From: Marine Group I thaumarchaeote
GTDB taxonomy: Archaea > Thermoproteota > Nitrososphaeria > Nitrososphaerales > Nitrosopumilaceae
Reading direction: 5' to 3'
Length of the DNA stretch: 16,660 nt
NCBI GenBank assembly: GCA_044358425.1
Contig: CP054849.1
Location: forward strand, 1,340,848-1,357,507
The notes beneath the pieces were generated by a model that ran no database searches, was not told the DNA's origin, and saw only the letters and a list, made by a program, of their open reading frames with translations. Below, piece after piece: positions 7,252-16,361 of the stretch (position 1 is its first letter; every line of letters starts with the position of its first letter). A program made the position numbers and the translations under genes.

Positions 7252-8712
7252 TTGCCATATAAAGTCAGTCACGGAAAAGCTATGCAGATTACGTATTCGC
7301 CTGACGAAGTATTCTCAAGAATTCAACATGAAGGAATTCAGTTTATCGATTTACAATTTACTGGTTTAACTGGTCATTTTCACCATACTACAATTTCAGC
7401 AAATACTTTCACACCAGAACAAATGAGAGATGGTTTACCAAAATTAGATGGTTCGTCAATCGTTGGATTCACAACTATTGATGATTCAGATTTATTGTTA
7501 AAACCAGATCCAAGTACATTTGCAATAATTCCTTGGATGACTGAAAATAAAACAGCTAGACTCCTTTGTGATGTTTATTGGGGAGAAAATAGAGGAAGAC
7601 TATCTAGAGATCCTAGAGGTATTGCTCAAAAAGCTGAAGAATATATCAAAACTCAAGGATTTGATTTTAGTACATGGGGTCCAGAAGTAGAATTTTTTGT
7701 TTTTGATAAAGTTCATTGGGATGTTTTAACACCATACAAAGGACAATCATATTCAATTGAATCAAAAGAAGCTCCATGGAGTAATGACGGTGACGGATAT
7801 CCAATGGGATTACAAGAAGGATACTATCCTACAACACCATCAGATACTTTAACACCATACAGAAATGAATGTGTAAATATTTTAAGTAAAAATTTTGGAA
7901 TTTTATGTGATAATCACCATCACGAGGTGGCAACAGCAGGACAATGTGAAATTGATATCATGTATGATCATATGACAAATTCTGCAGATGCTGCACAATC
8001 ATACAAATATGTAATTAAAAATGTGGCACAAAAATATGGTAAAGTTGCAACATGTATGCCTAAACCAATAGCAATGGATGCAGGTTCTGGAATGCATGTT
8101 AATGTTAGTTTATGGAAAGGAAAGGAAAATGCATTTTACGATCCTGATGATGATATTGAATTGAGTCAAACTGGTAGATATTTTTGTGGTGGAATAATTA
8201 ATCACGCAAAAGCATTATCTGCAATATGTAATCCAACTACAAATTCATATCACAGATTAGTTCCAGGATATGAAGCTCCTGCATATATTGCATGGAGTGC
8301 AGGAAATCGTTCAGCTATAGTAAGAGTTCCAAAACATTTGAAAGGAAAACAACATTCAAAATTAAAGAGATTAGAATTTAGAGCACCTGATCCATCATCT
8401 AATCCATATCTTGTATTTGCTGCAGTAACAGCAGCAGGAATGGATGGAATTAGAAAGAAAATGGATCCAGGAGAACAAGTCCAAGACGATATATTCAAAA
8501 TGACAAAATCAGATAGAGCAAAACGTGGAATTGGAGTTCTTCCAAAAAGCTTAGGTGAGGCATTAGATGAATTGGAAAGTGATAGAAAATTCTTAAATCC
8601 AATTTATACAAATGATGTAATTGATAAAATTATTGAATTAGAAAGAAGAGATCAAAGAGAAATTGCAATTAGACCACATCCTCATGAATTTTATCTTTAC
8701 TTTGATGTCTAA
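7252..8712 (+). CDS. glnA: Glutamine synthetase type I
   Basis: DLQFT, DGSSI.GF, DPR, GPEVEFF, HHHEVATAGQCEI, MPKP...AGSGMH, NSYHRLVPGYEAP, NRSA.VRVP and EFRAPDPSSNPYL. Start is TTG 7252 or ATG 7282. Confidence 0.98.
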   Translation: MPYKVSHGKAMQITYSPDEVFSRIQHEGIQFIDLQFTGLTGHFHHTTISANTFTPEQMRDGLPKLDGSSIVGFTTIDDSDLLLKPDPSTFAIIPWMTENKTARLLCDVYWGENRGRLSRDPRGIAQKAEEYIKTQGFDFSTWGPEVEFFVFDKVHWDVLTPYKGQSYSIESKEAPWSNDGDGYPMGLQEGYYPTTPSDTLTPYRNECVNILSKNFGILCDNHHHEVATAGQCEIDIMYDHMTNSADAAQSYKYVIKNVAQKYGKVATCMPKPIAMDAGSGMHVNVSLWKGKENAFYDPDDDIELSQTGRYFCGGIINHAKALSAICNPTTNSYHRLVPGYEAPAYIAWSAGNRSAIVRVPKHLKGKQHSKLKRLEFRAPDPSSNPYLVFAAVTAAGMDGIRKKMDPGEQVQDDIFKMTKSDRAKRGIGVLPKSLGEALDELESDRKFLNPIYTNDVIDKIIELERRDQREIAIRPHPHEFYLYFDV

Positions 8713-8987
8713 ACTCTTCCAGTTAATTGAAAAATAAAATATAGTGAAATTCCAATTAAGACAAATCCACTTCCAAAAAATATTTCTCTTTTTGTTTCAG
8801 ATGTTGTAGCTCTATACAGCAAAACTCCACCAGCTAGACCAAGAAATAAAACTAAAATTCCACTTATTACGGGTTCAAAACTTGTATCTGTAATTATTGG
8901 ATAAAAAATTCCAGATAGTAATGCAAAAAATACAATTAGATAACCATACTTAAAACTCGATAACATTTTTGATGAAGTACTACTCAT
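8709..8987 (-). CDS. Hypothetical membrane protein (about 3 TM helices)
   Basis: Three hydrophobic segments. ATG at 8987 is preferred over the track's TTG 9011 because the latter falls in an AT-rich TATA-like stretch. The stop overlaps the glnA stop by 4 nt. Confidence 0.75.
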   Translation of the reverse strand: MSSTSSKMLSSFKYGYLIVFFALLSGIFYPIITDTSFEPVISGILVLFLGLAGGVLLYRATTSETKREIFFGSGFVLIGISLYFIFQLTGRV

Positions 8988-9048
8988 AATATTTCGTAAA
9001 TTATTTATCAAATAAACTTTTGAAGTAAGAAAATTTTTCTAATGAATT

Positions 9049-10728
9049 TTACATCATTCCGCCCATGTCAGGCATTCCACCCATTCCAGGTGGCATTCCA
9101 GGTGGCATTCCTCCTTCTCCTCCACCGCCACCACCAGAACTTTGGGTAGCGATGACATCGTCGATTCTAAGAAGCATACATGCTGCTTCAGCTGCTGCTG
9201 AAACGATTTGAAGTTTAACTGCTAATGGTTCAATAATATCACTTGATTTCATGTTTCCAATTTTACCTTTCATAACATCAATACCAGTCCATTTCTCTCC
9301 TTTTTGTTGTTTTGAACGTAAAACTGTAAGAGTGTCAATTGGATCCATTCCTGCATTTTCAGAAAGTGTTAATGGAATTGATTCTAAAGCATCTGCAAAT
9401 TTTTCTGCAGCTAATTGTTCTCTTCCTTCTAATGATTTTGCCCAACCTCTAAGTTTTGTAGAAGCATATGTTTCAGGGGCACCACCACCAGCAACAATTT
9501 GTGGTTTTAAAATTACATCTTTTACAACCATTAATGCATCATGAACAGAACGTTCAACTTCATCAACTACTCTTTGTGAACCGCCACGTAAAAGTAAAGT
9601 TACAGATTTTGGATGTTTACATCCTTCAACAAATACCCATTTATCTTCTTCAATTTTTCTTTCTTCCACAACTTCTGCACTACCTAAATCTTTTTCAAAC
9701 AAATCATCCAAGTTTGTAACAATTCTAGCACCAGTTGCTTTTGCAAGTTTTGTAAGATCACTTTCTTTAATTCTTCTAACTGCAATTATTCCTGCTTTTG
9801 CTAAGTAATGTTGTGCCATATCATCAAGTCCTTTTTGACACAAAACAACATTTGCACCAGAACCAATTACTTTGTCAACCATTGTTTTTAGCATTCTATT
9901 TTCTTCATCTAAAAATGATTTTAGTTGTTGAGGATTTGAAATGTTAATTTTTGCATCAGTTTCAGTTTTACTAATTTCTAGTGCAGTGTTAAGTAATGCA
10001 ATTTTTGCATCAGTAATTTTTCTAGGCATGCCACCATGAACTACTTCTTTATCTAAAACAATTCCTTGAATAATCATTGAATTTTTAATGGAACCACCTG
10101 CTTTCTTTTCGACTTTAATATCATCAATATCAACATCATAAGTTTCACCTTGTTTTTCAGAAACAGCAACTACAGATTTTACAATGATATCTGCAAGTAA
10201 ATCAGAATCTTTTCTAACTAATTTTGTTTGCATTGAGGTTTTTGCAATTTTATTTAACATGTTTTTGTCAACTGGAGAAATTGAATCAGCTATTTCTTCA
10301 AGGTATTCTTTTGATTTTCTAGCTGCTTTTTTGTATCCATCCACGATTATTGTAGGATGAACATCTTGATCAATTAATGATTCAGCTTGTTCTAATAATG
10401 CACCGGCTAAAACAACAGCTGAAGTTGTTCCATCACCTACTTCATTATCAGTAGTTTTAGAAATCTCAACTAGCATTTTGGCTGCTGGATGTTGAACATC
10501 AATTTCTTTGAGAATGGTTGCACCATCATTTGTAATTGTAACGTCACCTAAGGAATCAACTAACATTTTGTCCATTCCTCGTGGACCTAAACTGGTATGA
10601 ACAATTTCGGCAACAATTTTGGCAGCTGCGATGTTATTTTTTTGAGCATCTCTACCTTTAGTTTCTGAACCGCCTTCTTTTAACAGTACAACTGGCATAT
10701 TTCCCTTTGAAGTTGCTTGCATACCCAT
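9049..10728 (-). CDS. ths: Thermosome (group II chaperonin) subunit
   Basis: [39 protein letters not shown] and a GGM-rich tail. ATG 10728 is preferred (TATAAAA on - at 10753-10759); the track uses TTG 10737. Alpha versus beta subunit cannot be determined from this window. Confidence 0.97.
   Translation of the reverse strand: MGMQATSKGNMPVVLLKEGGSETKGRDAQKNNIAAAKIVAEIVHTSLGPRGMDKMLVDSLGDVTITNDGATILKEIDVQHPAAKMLVEISKTTDNEVGDGTTSAVVLAGALLEQAESLIDQDVHPTIIVDGYKKAARKSKEYLEEIADSISPVDKNMLNKIAKTSMQTKLVRKDSDLLADIIVKSVVAVSEKQGETYDVDIDDIKVEKKAGGSIKNSMIIQGIVLDKEVVHGGMPRKITDAKIALLNTALEISKTETDAKINISNPQQLKSFLDEENRMLKTMVDKVIGSGANVVLCQKGLDDMAQHYLAKAGIIAVRRIKESDLTKLAKATGARIVTNLDDLFEKDLGSAEVVEERKIEEDKWVFVEGCKHPKSVTLLLRGGSQRVVDEVERSVHDALMVVKDVILKPQIVAGGGAPETYASTKLRGWAKSLEGREQLAAEKFADALESIPLTLSENAGMDPIDTLTVLRSKQQKGEKWTGIDVMKGKIGNMKSSDIIEPLAVKLQIVSAAAEAACMLLRIDDVIATQSSGGGGGGEGGMPPGMPPGMGGMPDMGGMM
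9052..9138 (-). repeat. Gly/Met/Pro low-complexity coding repeat (chaperonin C-terminal tail)
   Basis: Encodes [28 protein letters not shown] and includes a tandem 12-mer (ccaggtggcatt)x2 on the + strand. Confidence 0.85.
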
Positions 10729-10740
10729 AATTGGCAAAAC

Positions 10741-10769
10741 TCCAGATTCCCCTTTTATACCTTCCAGAT
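10741..10769 (-). promoter_or_regulatory. Thermosome promoter: TATA box flanked by 7-bp direct repeats
   Basis: The minus strand reads ATCTGGA-agg-TATAAAA-gggga-ATCTGGA. The TATA is 25-31 nt upstream of ATG 10728. Confidence 0.55.
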
Positions 10770-10800
10770 CAAGATTAGAAAAAATGGTCTGATATCGGTG

Positions 10801-10824
10801 TTTTTAAATTGGGAAAACCAATTT
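10801..10824 (+). promoter_or_regulatory. glyA promoter TATA box with overlapping 7-5-7 inverted repeat
   Basis: TTTAAA at 10803-10808 (24-29 nt before ATG 10832) and AAATTGG-GAAAA-CCAATTT at 10806-10824. Confidence 0.5.
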
Positions 10825-10831
10825 GGAAATC

Positions 10832-12154
10832 ATGGCAAAATCACAAAATAAAGAATCTTACAATAAAATATTTACAAAATTAAAAGAACATCACAAATGG
10901 TTTGAAAACTCAATTCCATTAATTGCTAGTGAAAATATTCCTAGTCCGGCTGTAAGAGAGGCAATTATTTCTGATTTTGGTAATAGATATGCAGAAGGTT
11001 GGCCTGGAGACAGAGTCTATGCTGGATGTATCTACATTGATGACGTAGAAGTAGAATGTATGAAATTAGCTAAAAAACTGTATAAAGCAAAATTTGCAGA
11101 TGTCAGACCTATTTCTGGAGTCGTTGCAAATTTAGCAGTTTATTCGGCTTATTCAAATCCAGGAGATGTAATGATTGCTCCATCTATTCCTGCTGGTGGA
11201 CATATTTCTCACGGTAAAAGAGAGCATTCAGGTACTGCAGGATTAGTTCATGGTTTAGAAATTGAATTCTATCCATTTAATGCCGAAGACATGACAATTG
11301 ATGTTGATAAAACTAAACAAAAAGTAAAGGAATTGAAAAAAAATAACCGTCTTCCAAAAATGGCAATGTTTGGTGGTTCATTATTTTTATTCCCACATCC
11401 AGTAAAGGAGTTATCAGATTTTCTTAAAACATATGATATTCACATTAATTATGATGCAGCTCACGTTGCAGGATTAATTGCTGGTGGAAAATTCCAAGAT
11501 CCAATGCGTGAAGGAGCAGATACAATGACTATGAGTACTCATAAGACATTGTTTGGACCTCAAGGTGGATTAGTTTTAGGTTCTGAAGAACATGAAGAAC
11601 CAATCAAGAAAGCAACTTTCCCAGGATTGACTAGTAGCCATCATATCAATAACATGGCAGGAAAAGCCGTTGCATTTGCTGAAGCATTAGAATTTGGTAA
11701 AGATTATGCAGTACAAGTAATTAAAAATGCCAAAATATTCGCTGAAGCACTAAATGATGTTGGATTCAAAGTATTAGGTGAAAGTAGAGGATATACACAA
11801 TCACATCAAATTGCAGTTAATGTTTTAGATTATTCTGACGGTGGAAAAGTTGAAGCTGAATTAGAAAAGGCTAACATAATTGTTAACAGACAACTTATTC
11901 CTGGAGACATTAAGGCTGGAAGAAATTATTTCCATCCAGGAGGTATTAGATTAGGTGTCTCTGAAATAACAAGATTAGGAATGAAAGAAAATGAAATGAA
12001 AGAAATTGCCACATTCATTAAGCAAATAATTATTGAGAAAAAGGATCCAAAGAAAGTTCTTCCAAAAGTAAAATCTTGGAGAAAAGATTATCAAAAAGTC
12101 AAATATTGTTTTGATAGTAAACTTGGTGCCTATGAATACGTCAAATTAAGATAA
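10832..12154 (+). CDS. glyA: Serine hydroxymethyltransferase (archaeal type)
   Basis: LIASEN, RYAEG.PG.R.Y.G, GGHISHG, YDAAHVAGLIAG, PLP-Lys motif STHKTLFGPQGG and GIRLG. ATG 10832 is preferred over the track's TTG 10823. Confidence 0.97.
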   Translation: MAKSQNKESYNKIFTKLKEHHKWFENSIPLIASENIPSPAVREAIISDFGNRYAEGWPGDRVYAGCIYIDDVEVECMKLAKKLYKAKFADVRPISGVVANLAVYSAYSNPGDVMIAPSIPAGGHISHGKREHSGTAGLVHGLEIEFYPFNAEDMTIDVDKTKQKVKELKKNNRLPKMAMFGGSLFLFPHPVKELSDFLKTYDIHINYDAAHVAGLIAGGKFQDPMREGADTMTMSTHKTLFGPQGGLVLGSEEHEEPIKKATFPGLTSSHHINNMAGKAVAFAEALEFGKDYAVQVIKNAKIFAEALNDVGFKVLGESRGYTQSHQIAVNVLDYSDGGKVEAELEKANIIVNRQLIPGDIKAGRNYFHPGGIRLGVSEITRLGMKENEMKEIATFIKQIIIEKKDPKKVLPKVKSWRKDYQKVKYCFDSKLGAYEYVKLR

Positions 12155-12156
12155 TT

Positions 12157-15100
12157 TTACGCATAATCTGTAAGAAGGGATTGGTCACCTTGACTTTTAC
12201 CAAAAACTAATTCAATTTCATCAGATAAAGCATGAATTCTTCCACGTTGATATTCCCCAACATCATATTTGTCAACTAATCTCTTTGCAAGTTTAAGATA
12301 TTTTTCAACTGAACCTCTAGTGATTGTTGCAATTAATTTATGTCCACATACACAAGTTTGAATTAAAGGCATTCGACGATATGATTTTCCACATGCCGTA
12401 CATCTAAAACTTTGTCGAGCATATGCCCTTAGATTTCCCATGATGTCTGGAACTAGATGTGTTGAAATTACATTTGAAACAAGTTCGGATGGGTTTACTA
12501 CATTAATCAATTCAGCATTTCTAACTTGCATATCAAACTTATCAAGCATTGAACCTAAGGTCGAATATGCACTTCTTGATTTGGAAGTAGTTAGTGATGA
12601 AGTCAAATGAGTAAAATGATAATCAAAGAATTGTCTTTTAGTATCTAATCTAGATTTGATAATTTCAACTGAAGTTACATCAGAAGCCTTACTTTGTTGA
12701 ATTGTTGATTCAAAAAATTCTAGAGGAAAAATTTTTGTTACTTCAAGATTATGAGCTTGGGGTTGGGATTCATGTGGTAAAACTAGTGGTTGTACAAGTA
12801 ATGGAGCATCCATTAAACCGCCTATTCTATCAGATAGAAATTGCCTAGAGAAATTTAGCAGACTATCCATTAACAACATTATTGAATCAGCATCACCATC
12901 AGCATCACGTCTCTTGGCTGAATGCCAATTTGGTGTTCCAAAACAAACATGAGTGTCAGTATATCCAATAACTCTGCCTACAATTCCAACTGAAGTATGA
13001 GGTGCTAAACCAATTATTAGATGGCCAATTAGTTCTTCAGAATTATTTACATTATAAAATGAAGATTTACCATAAAATTTTGTTAAAAGAGTATCAATGT
13101 ATTTACAAGTTGAAACTAGATATTTTCCACTTTCCTCAGGAATTACAACATCTTGCATTCTAAGTTCTACAGTTTGATCAATATTTTCTAGTGGGTTTCC
13201 ATCAATATCATGAGAATATCCTAATTTCTTCAGTTTTTCAACAGAGGTTCCAATCCATGATGGTTTGAATTGAGTTAATGGGGAATTTGTTGCATCAAAT
13301 CTAATTGTACCGTCTTTGAATGTTGTCAAACCTAAAGTTTGACGTACAAGTCCTTTTTCAAGAGGTTCTGCAATTTTATCCTCACTGATTAATTCTTTAA
13401 GACCTTTGAAAGGTTCTTTCGCACGAATACCCATCTTCTCTTGAGCTAAAAGTAATCGTGATTTTAATGGAAATTCTTTATGAGAATGTGCAGGAGCTTT
13501 TCTTTTACATTTTTCACAGAATGGTTCTGTAAGTATATCTCTACAACTATTACATCTAAAAGAAATTGTTGTTTTTTGACCACAATTAGAACAATTAATC
13601 CCAATAGATGGTTCATTACATTGTTCACAATGTCTATTGTAAATATTTGCAAAAAAGTGCTCAGTTCTTGATGCCTTAAGGAGATCTCTTGTGGGTCCAC
13701 CTTTGTCAGAAATTGGAAATAGTGTGTGCGTAGGCGGCTTCATTTGTCGGGGAGCTGCCTTTTCAGGCCTTCCAATTCTAACTCCAATTGAAGTAGAAAA
13801 TTTATTATTAATTTTAATTTTTGATGAATTTGTTAAAATTTCAGGAATAGATAATTCACTGATTATTGGTTTTGATACAAATAATAAATTAAAGAAAATT
13901 TTTGCTTCATCATTTTCTAAATAGATAGATTGATTTACAATTTTATGTGGAGTTCCCAATTTTTCTAAAATATTTTTAATTTCAATTGGATACTCAATTT
14001 TTTTTTCATTGAAGTTTTTTGGTTGTAAAAGTTCAAGTAATTCTTCCAAAGAAATTTTATCCCAATAATAGAGGTAGTGTGGATGTAATGAAAATTTGTA
14101 ATCAATTGAAATTTTTAATGCTTCATCAACTGAGGGTAATTTAATCAAAAATTGTTCTAGGTATTGATTTTTAGTCTCAGATATTGAAATTATTTGTTTT
14201 AGTTCTTCTATCCAAATTTCTTCAACATATCCTGAAGGAATAAGTTGAGCATTGTTTTCAAGAAAATCTCCGAATGTGATTAAGATATCTCCAAGGTGGA
14301 GAATTTTTTCTATTTTATTTTTAATTTCTATCCCATGTTTAACATCTCTAATTTTAACAACATCTCCATTAAGAAGACGGACTATTGGTGTTTCAATACT
14401 ATCAACAAATGCTACAGTTGCACCTTTTCCAGGAAGATCACATTTGACTTGTGTTCCAACTGCTATAGTATGATCTAAGATTTCAGCAACAACAGGATGA
14501 AATCCTACTGCTGCAAACCCAGTATTACATGCTCTTCCATATCTAAGCCTAAATCCGCCTAATTTGTTAGGCATAGATAATACAGATCTTCCCGTAATTA
14601 CTTCACGCATTCTTTTTGCTGCAGCATCTTCTTGATTATCACCTGTTTGAACTGCACCTTTAAGGTCACCAAGCCATTCCCAACCATCTAAATTGTACAT
14701 TTCAATTCTTTTGAGTAATTTTTTTGATCTTCCAATTAAACCGTCATTAAGAACACGTAAAGCTCCTCCTCTAACCCTATCAGTTTGGATTCGAGTCATT
14801 CCTTTATGATTTACAACTTCATATGGATCAGTGTCTACTCCAGCTAATTCAACTGGAAGATTTGAAATTACATGCTCGATATCCTCATCCAAAATATGAA
14901 ATTGAAAGCTGCTGGCTTCTCTTTCATAAATTCTCAACTCCTCAACAAACCTACCTGTTTCATCATCAAATGAATTTGCCTGAAATTTTGATAAACCAGC
15001 AATTTTTCTAACATGATCTGCAATTAACAAAGTAACTGCAGATTCAGTACCTCCTGCAGAACGCATAGGTCCCGCAATTGAAACTGAAAGATAATCGGTT

Positions 15101-15534
15101 CCATCTTTATTTTTTTTAATTTTTACTTCACTAATTCCTTGTAATGGAGCAATTGTCACACCTTCCGTAATTATTGCTAATCCTACACGAACTGCAAGAT
15201 CCAATTTTTCTTCTATAGAAGCATCTGGTAGTGAATATTTTCCTAAAGCAATGTCTTTTGCTAAAATTAATGCAGATAGCTCTTTTCCATTGATTTTTAA
15301 AATTTCTCTTAAGGGTTCAGCAATGTCAATTTCGTGCATTTTTGCAACTCGATCTGCCAAATCAAATGCAATTTTAGGCTCAATTATGCCTGAAGAATCA
15401 ACTAAAGTTGATTTTGCTGCGGCTGCGTGCTCAAATATAGAATATGTTTCAGTTGAGAGATTTGAATAATAATCTAAGTAGTAATCGGGCATTTCAATAC
15501 CACGAATACGAGAAATTGCGTCATTTTCTGACAT
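12157..15534 (-). CDS. polC: DNA polymerase D (II) large subunit DP2, intein-free
   Basis: TEGV..APLQGI, AGPMRSAGGT, GGFRLRYGR, IGVRIGRPEKA..R.M.PP, central CxxC clusters, FKDGTIRFD, LAPHTS.G, catalytic KRRDADGDAD, GGLMDAPL, PDIMGNLRAY, C-terminal Zn site and PIP-like QSLLTDY. Confidence 0.98.
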   Translation of the reverse strand: MSENDAISRIRGIEMPDYYLDYYSNLSTETYSIFEHAAAAKSTLVDSSGIIEPKIAFDLADRVAKMHEIDIAEPLREILKINGKELSALILAKDIALGKYSLPDASIEEKLDLAVRVGLAIITEGVTIAPLQGISEVKIKKNKDGTDYLSVSIAGPMRSAGGTESAVTLLIADHVRKIAGLSKFQANSFDDETGRFVEELRIYEREASSFQFHILDEDIEHVISNLPVELAGVDTDPYEVVNHKGMTRIQTDRVRGGALRVLNDGLIGRSKKLLKRIEMYNLDGWEWLGDLKGAVQTGDNQEDAAAKRMREVITGRSVLSMPNKLGGFRLRYGRACNTGFAAVGFHPVVAEILDHTIAVGTQVKCDLPGKGATVAFVDSIETPIVRLLNGDVVKIRDVKHGIEIKNKIEKILHLGDILITFGDFLENNAQLIPSGYVEEIWIEELKQIISISETKNQYLEQFLIKLPSVDEALKISIDYKFSLHPHYLYYWDKISLEELLELLQPKNFNEKKIEYPIEIKNILEKLGTPHKIVNQSIYLENDEAKIFFNLLFVSKPIISELSIPEILTNSSKIKINNKFSTSIGVRIGRPEKAAPRQMKPPTHTLFPISDKGGPTRDLLKASRTEHFFANIYNRHCEQCNEPSIGINCSNCGQKTTISFRCNSCRDILTEPFCEKCKRKAPAHSHKEFPLKSRLLLAQEKMGIRAKEPFKGLKELISEDKIAEPLEKGLVRQTLGLTTFKDGTIRFDATNSPLTQFKPSWIGTSVEKLKKLGYSHDIDGNPLENIDQTVELRMQDVVIPEESGKYLVSTCKYIDTLLTKFYGKSSFYNVNNSEELIGHLIIGLAPHTSVGIVGRVIGYTDTHVCFGTPNWHSAKRRDADGDADSIMLLMDSLLNFSRQFLSDRIGGLMDAPLLVQPLVLPHESQPQAHNLEVTKIFPLEFFESTIQQSKASDVTSVEIIKSRLDTKRQFFDYHFTHLTSSLTTSKSRSAYSTLGSMLDKFDMQVRNAELINVVNPSELVSNVISTHLVPDIMGNLRAYARQSFRCTACGKSYRRMPLIQTCVCGHKLIATITRGSVEKYLKLAKRLVDKYDVGEYQRGRIHALSDEIELVFGKSQGDQSLLTDYA

Positions 15535-15546
15535 AATAGTATAGTA

Positions 15547-16296
15547 TTATTTGCTACTTTGAATTGCTTTTGCTATTTCTTCTAATTTTGTAAGACTACC
15601 TCCTTTTTCAAGGAAAGTTCCAATAACTAAGGCATCTGCTCCTGCTTTAACAAGACTTTCAGCAGTTTCAACATCTTTGATACCGCCACCAACAATTAGA
15701 AATCCATTAAATGTATGTCTGACAGTTTTTACCATTTCTGGAGTTACACTAGATTTTGCACCTGAACCTGCTTCTAAGTATACAAATCTCATTCCAAGAA
15801 ATTGTGCTGCTAAAGAGTATGCTGCAGCAATTTTTGGTTTTTCAAATGGAATTCCTCTTGCAGAACCAACAAACCAAGCAGATGTACCATCTCCAATCAC
15901 TAAATATGCAGTTGGAAGTGGTTCTAAACCAAATTTAGCTACACTTGGTGCAGCTAATGCTTGTGCCTGAGTAATGAAATAAGGATTTTCTGAGTTCATT
16001 AAAGAACTGAATAATATTGCATCAGCATCAGGTACGACACCTGTAACATTTCCAGGAAAGAGAATAATTGGAATCTGAATATTTTGTTTAATCCCCTTAA
16101 CGACTTGAGACATCTCAATTTGATCAGTAGCAGATGAGCCTCCAACCAGAATAGCAGAAGCTCCTATTTTTTCTACATCTTGAGCTAGTTTACTAGAAGC
16201 CTCCAAATTTGAAACCTCAGAATCAATTAAGACAAACAAAAGTGCGTTTTTCTTTTCTAATTCAGATTTTAGGAATAATTCTACTTTTCCAGCCAT
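15547..16296 (-). CDS. Geranylgeranylglyceryl phosphate synthase (group II GGGPS)
   Basis: LID, ILVGGS, PIILFPG, ADAILF.SLMNS.NPYFI, AYL, YLEAGSGA, VGGGI and GAD..VIGT. Aromatic residues in SAWFVG sit at the region that mediates hexamerisation in group II enzymes. Confidence 0.95.
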   Translation of the reverse strand: MAGKVELFLKSELEKKNALLFVLIDSEVSNLEASSKLAQDVEKIGASAILVGGSSATDQIEMSQVVKGIKQNIQIPIILFPGNVTGVVPDADAILFSSLMNSENPYFITQAQALAAPSVAKFGLEPLPTAYLVIGDGTSAWFVGSARGIPFEKPKIAAAYSLAAQFLGMRFVYLEAGSGAKSSVTPEMVKTVRHTFNGFLIVGGGIKDVETAESLVKAGADALVIGTFLEKGGSLTKLEEIAKAIQSSK

Positions 16297-16316
16297 AGTT
16301 GTGGTTTGTATATGAC

Positions 16317-16358
16317 ACTTTAAAGTTTAATTGGAATACTGGTATACAGTATTGTATA
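16317..16358. promoter_or_regulatory. Divergent promoter region with palindromic TATA and two overlapping inverted repeats
   Basis: ACTTTAAAGT palindrome (16317-16326), AATACTG-GTATA-CAGTATT (16335-16353) and TATACA-GTAT-TGTATA (16343-16358). Confidence 0.5.
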
Positions 16359-16361
16359 GCT

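Noticed and set aside
8250-8498. 82-aa antisense ORF within glnA
   Set aside because: Shadow of a conserved coding strand with no recognisable features.
9052-9138. Tandem repeats as a possible CRISPR or VNTR
   Set aside because: They encode the ordinary GGM-rich chaperonin tail, with no repeat-spacer structure.
9251-9719. Two + strand ORFs (97 and 83 aa) opposite the thermosome
   Set aside because: Antisense shadows. Their composition (HHHQQQ etc.) reflects reverse-complemented Gly/Ala/Val codons.
13780-14230. AT-rich, low-conservation stretch in DP2 as a possible intein or insertion
   Set aside because: No intein splice motifs (C/S...HN-C/S/T) or LAGLIDADG motif, and the total length of 1125 aa is normal for intein-free DP2.
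13464-15469. Seven short alternative-frame or antisense ORFs inside polC
   Set aside because: All are nested in the continuous DP2 frame, with no motifs or promoter support.
15677-15970. Two + strand ORFs opposite GGGPS
   Set aside because: Antisense shadows of a conserved enzyme gene.
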